Translations under genes and position numbers: made by a program
Notes under the pieces: model-generated
Told to the model about the DNA's origin: nothing
What the model saw: only the letters and a program-made list of their open reading frames with translations
Databases searched by the model: none
Shown: positions 63,185-64,000 of the stretch, piece after piece
Position numbering within the stretch: position 1 is the stretch's first letter
Layout: every line of letters starts with the position of its first letter
Assembly: GCA_051750645.1 (NCBI GenBank)
Contig: JBNJJW010000023.1
Span: forward strand, 7,921-71,920
Direction of reading: 5' to 3'
DNA: 64,000 nucleotides
Source: Bacillota bacterium
Lineage (GTDB): Bacteria; Bacillota; Bacilli; Paenibacillales; Paenibacillaceae

Positions 63185-63468
63185 TTGTGAACAGTGTCCG
63201 CGTTGGCATCCGGCCCAATCGTCTGTTTGGGATCAACTTGAATGACTGAGATCAATGGCAGGCCGAGATCACGAACTTTCCTGAGCAAGCCATGTAATGC
63301 GGCCTGATCGACCACGGGGCCGGTGAGGATGGTTATTCCGTCGTTTTCGCAGATGAAACTCAGCCCCTCAAACCGGTCGGCCCACCGGGCATCAAGATGT
63401 CCCTTGAGGCGAATTTCATACAGTTCTTGCTCGTGATGGTCCTCCGTTGATACGTGTGTTTCACTCAT
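63157..63468 (-). CDS. Small conserved hypothetical protein
   Basis: YEIRLKGHLDARWA..FEGL...DQAALHGLL.KVRDLGLPL.SV. Confidence 0.8.
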   Translation of the reverse strand: MSETHVSTEDHHEQELYEIRLKGHLDARWADRFEGLSFICENDGITILTGPVVDQAALHGLLRKVRDLGLPLISVIQVDPKQTIGPDANADTVHNCSKKETNT

Positions 63469-63551
63469 TCTGCACCTCCTTCATGTTCCTCCTGTGGATG
63501 CATCTCCACTTCATTGTCTACGTTCCTTTCTTAATCTGAAGATACACGTTG

Positions 63552-63595
63552 ATGTGGTGAGACGGCATCACCACATATGGTGATGGATGTGGTGA
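63552..63595. promoter_or_regulatory. ATGTGGTGA direct/inverted repeat cluster (candidate activator sites)
   Basis: Four copies or variants at 63552, 63568 (inverted), 63577 and 63587. Confidence 0.55.
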
Positions 63596-63683
63596 TTTGT
63601 CAATCGGGAGGCTGTCCGGGAGAAAAAAAGCCCCGGCACTGGTTCACTAAACCTGCCAGGGCCGGGGGTTGGTGGTTGCGGGC

Positions 63684-63760
63684 TCATTGGGACAAATCGA
63701 GTTCCTCAGCCCGGCGGATTGCTACCCGATGGTTGTTCACCTCAAGCTTGTCATGTTCGT
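63684..63760 (-). pseudogene. LuxR/MalT-type regulator C-terminal remnant
   Basis: KLEVNN...RRAEELDL-stop pattern with a frame disruption. Confidence 0.5.
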
Positions 63761-63947
63761 GAAAGTAGTAATCACAGAACTAATCTGCCCGAGAGCTCCA
63801 GAGCAGCATCATATATCCAGTTTAATCCACTTTCCCCATGCCTACAATATGACATATTAGAAATGAATATTGATATGAGGATTCTTTTCACATCTGAATG
63901 TTCTTTATAGGTTGGGGTACGCTAACGATGGAGGTGTGAACAAGTAA

Positions 63948-64000
63948 ATGAGAAAAGTCTTGGTAATGCTCTTGTTGTTCTCTTTGGTATTTGGAATTTC
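63948..64000 (+). CDS. Start of an exported protein (runs off the window)
   Basis: GGAGGTG RBS; MRKVLVMLLLFSLVFGI signal-peptide-like. Confidence 0.6.
   Translation, partial: MRKVLVMLLLFSLVFGI

Overview
Bacillota DNA, most likely Paenibacillaceae (inferred from gene content: LplB-type sugar ABC permease, CcpA cre site, AraR regulon, Paenibacillus-like proteins). The window is a patchwork accessory region with many gene fragments. Ordinary content: carbohydrate genes (LacI, esterase, AraC, GH5-ricin glucanase, araBDA + araR), a vanY-vanZ-vanR-vanS-like cluster without vanHAX, small oxidoreductases and regulators, ABC exporters, an amidase and an ECF sigma factor. Four things stand out. (1) A dispersed family of recombinase-like sites (8-bp imperfect inverted arms around a directional TCCTGCCCGT/TCGTACCCGT core), often paired around a GGCAGCCG hairpin and separating single genes like cassettes. 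(2) A group II intron 5' end inserted exactly into one of these sites, with a matching EBS1 candidate. (3) A two-gene island encoding a 1470-aa lipase-3 / hydrophobic-helix / beta-propeller protein and a 740-aa LamG + pentapeptide-repeat protein. (4) REP/REPIN-like GTTCTTGTCC hairpin elements. A MarR-controlled QueG/reductive-dehalogenase-like SCP2 fusion sits beside decayed electron-transfer genes. I found no rRNA, tRNA, CRISPR array, intact transposase or integrase. All family assignments come from motif recognition, not database searches.
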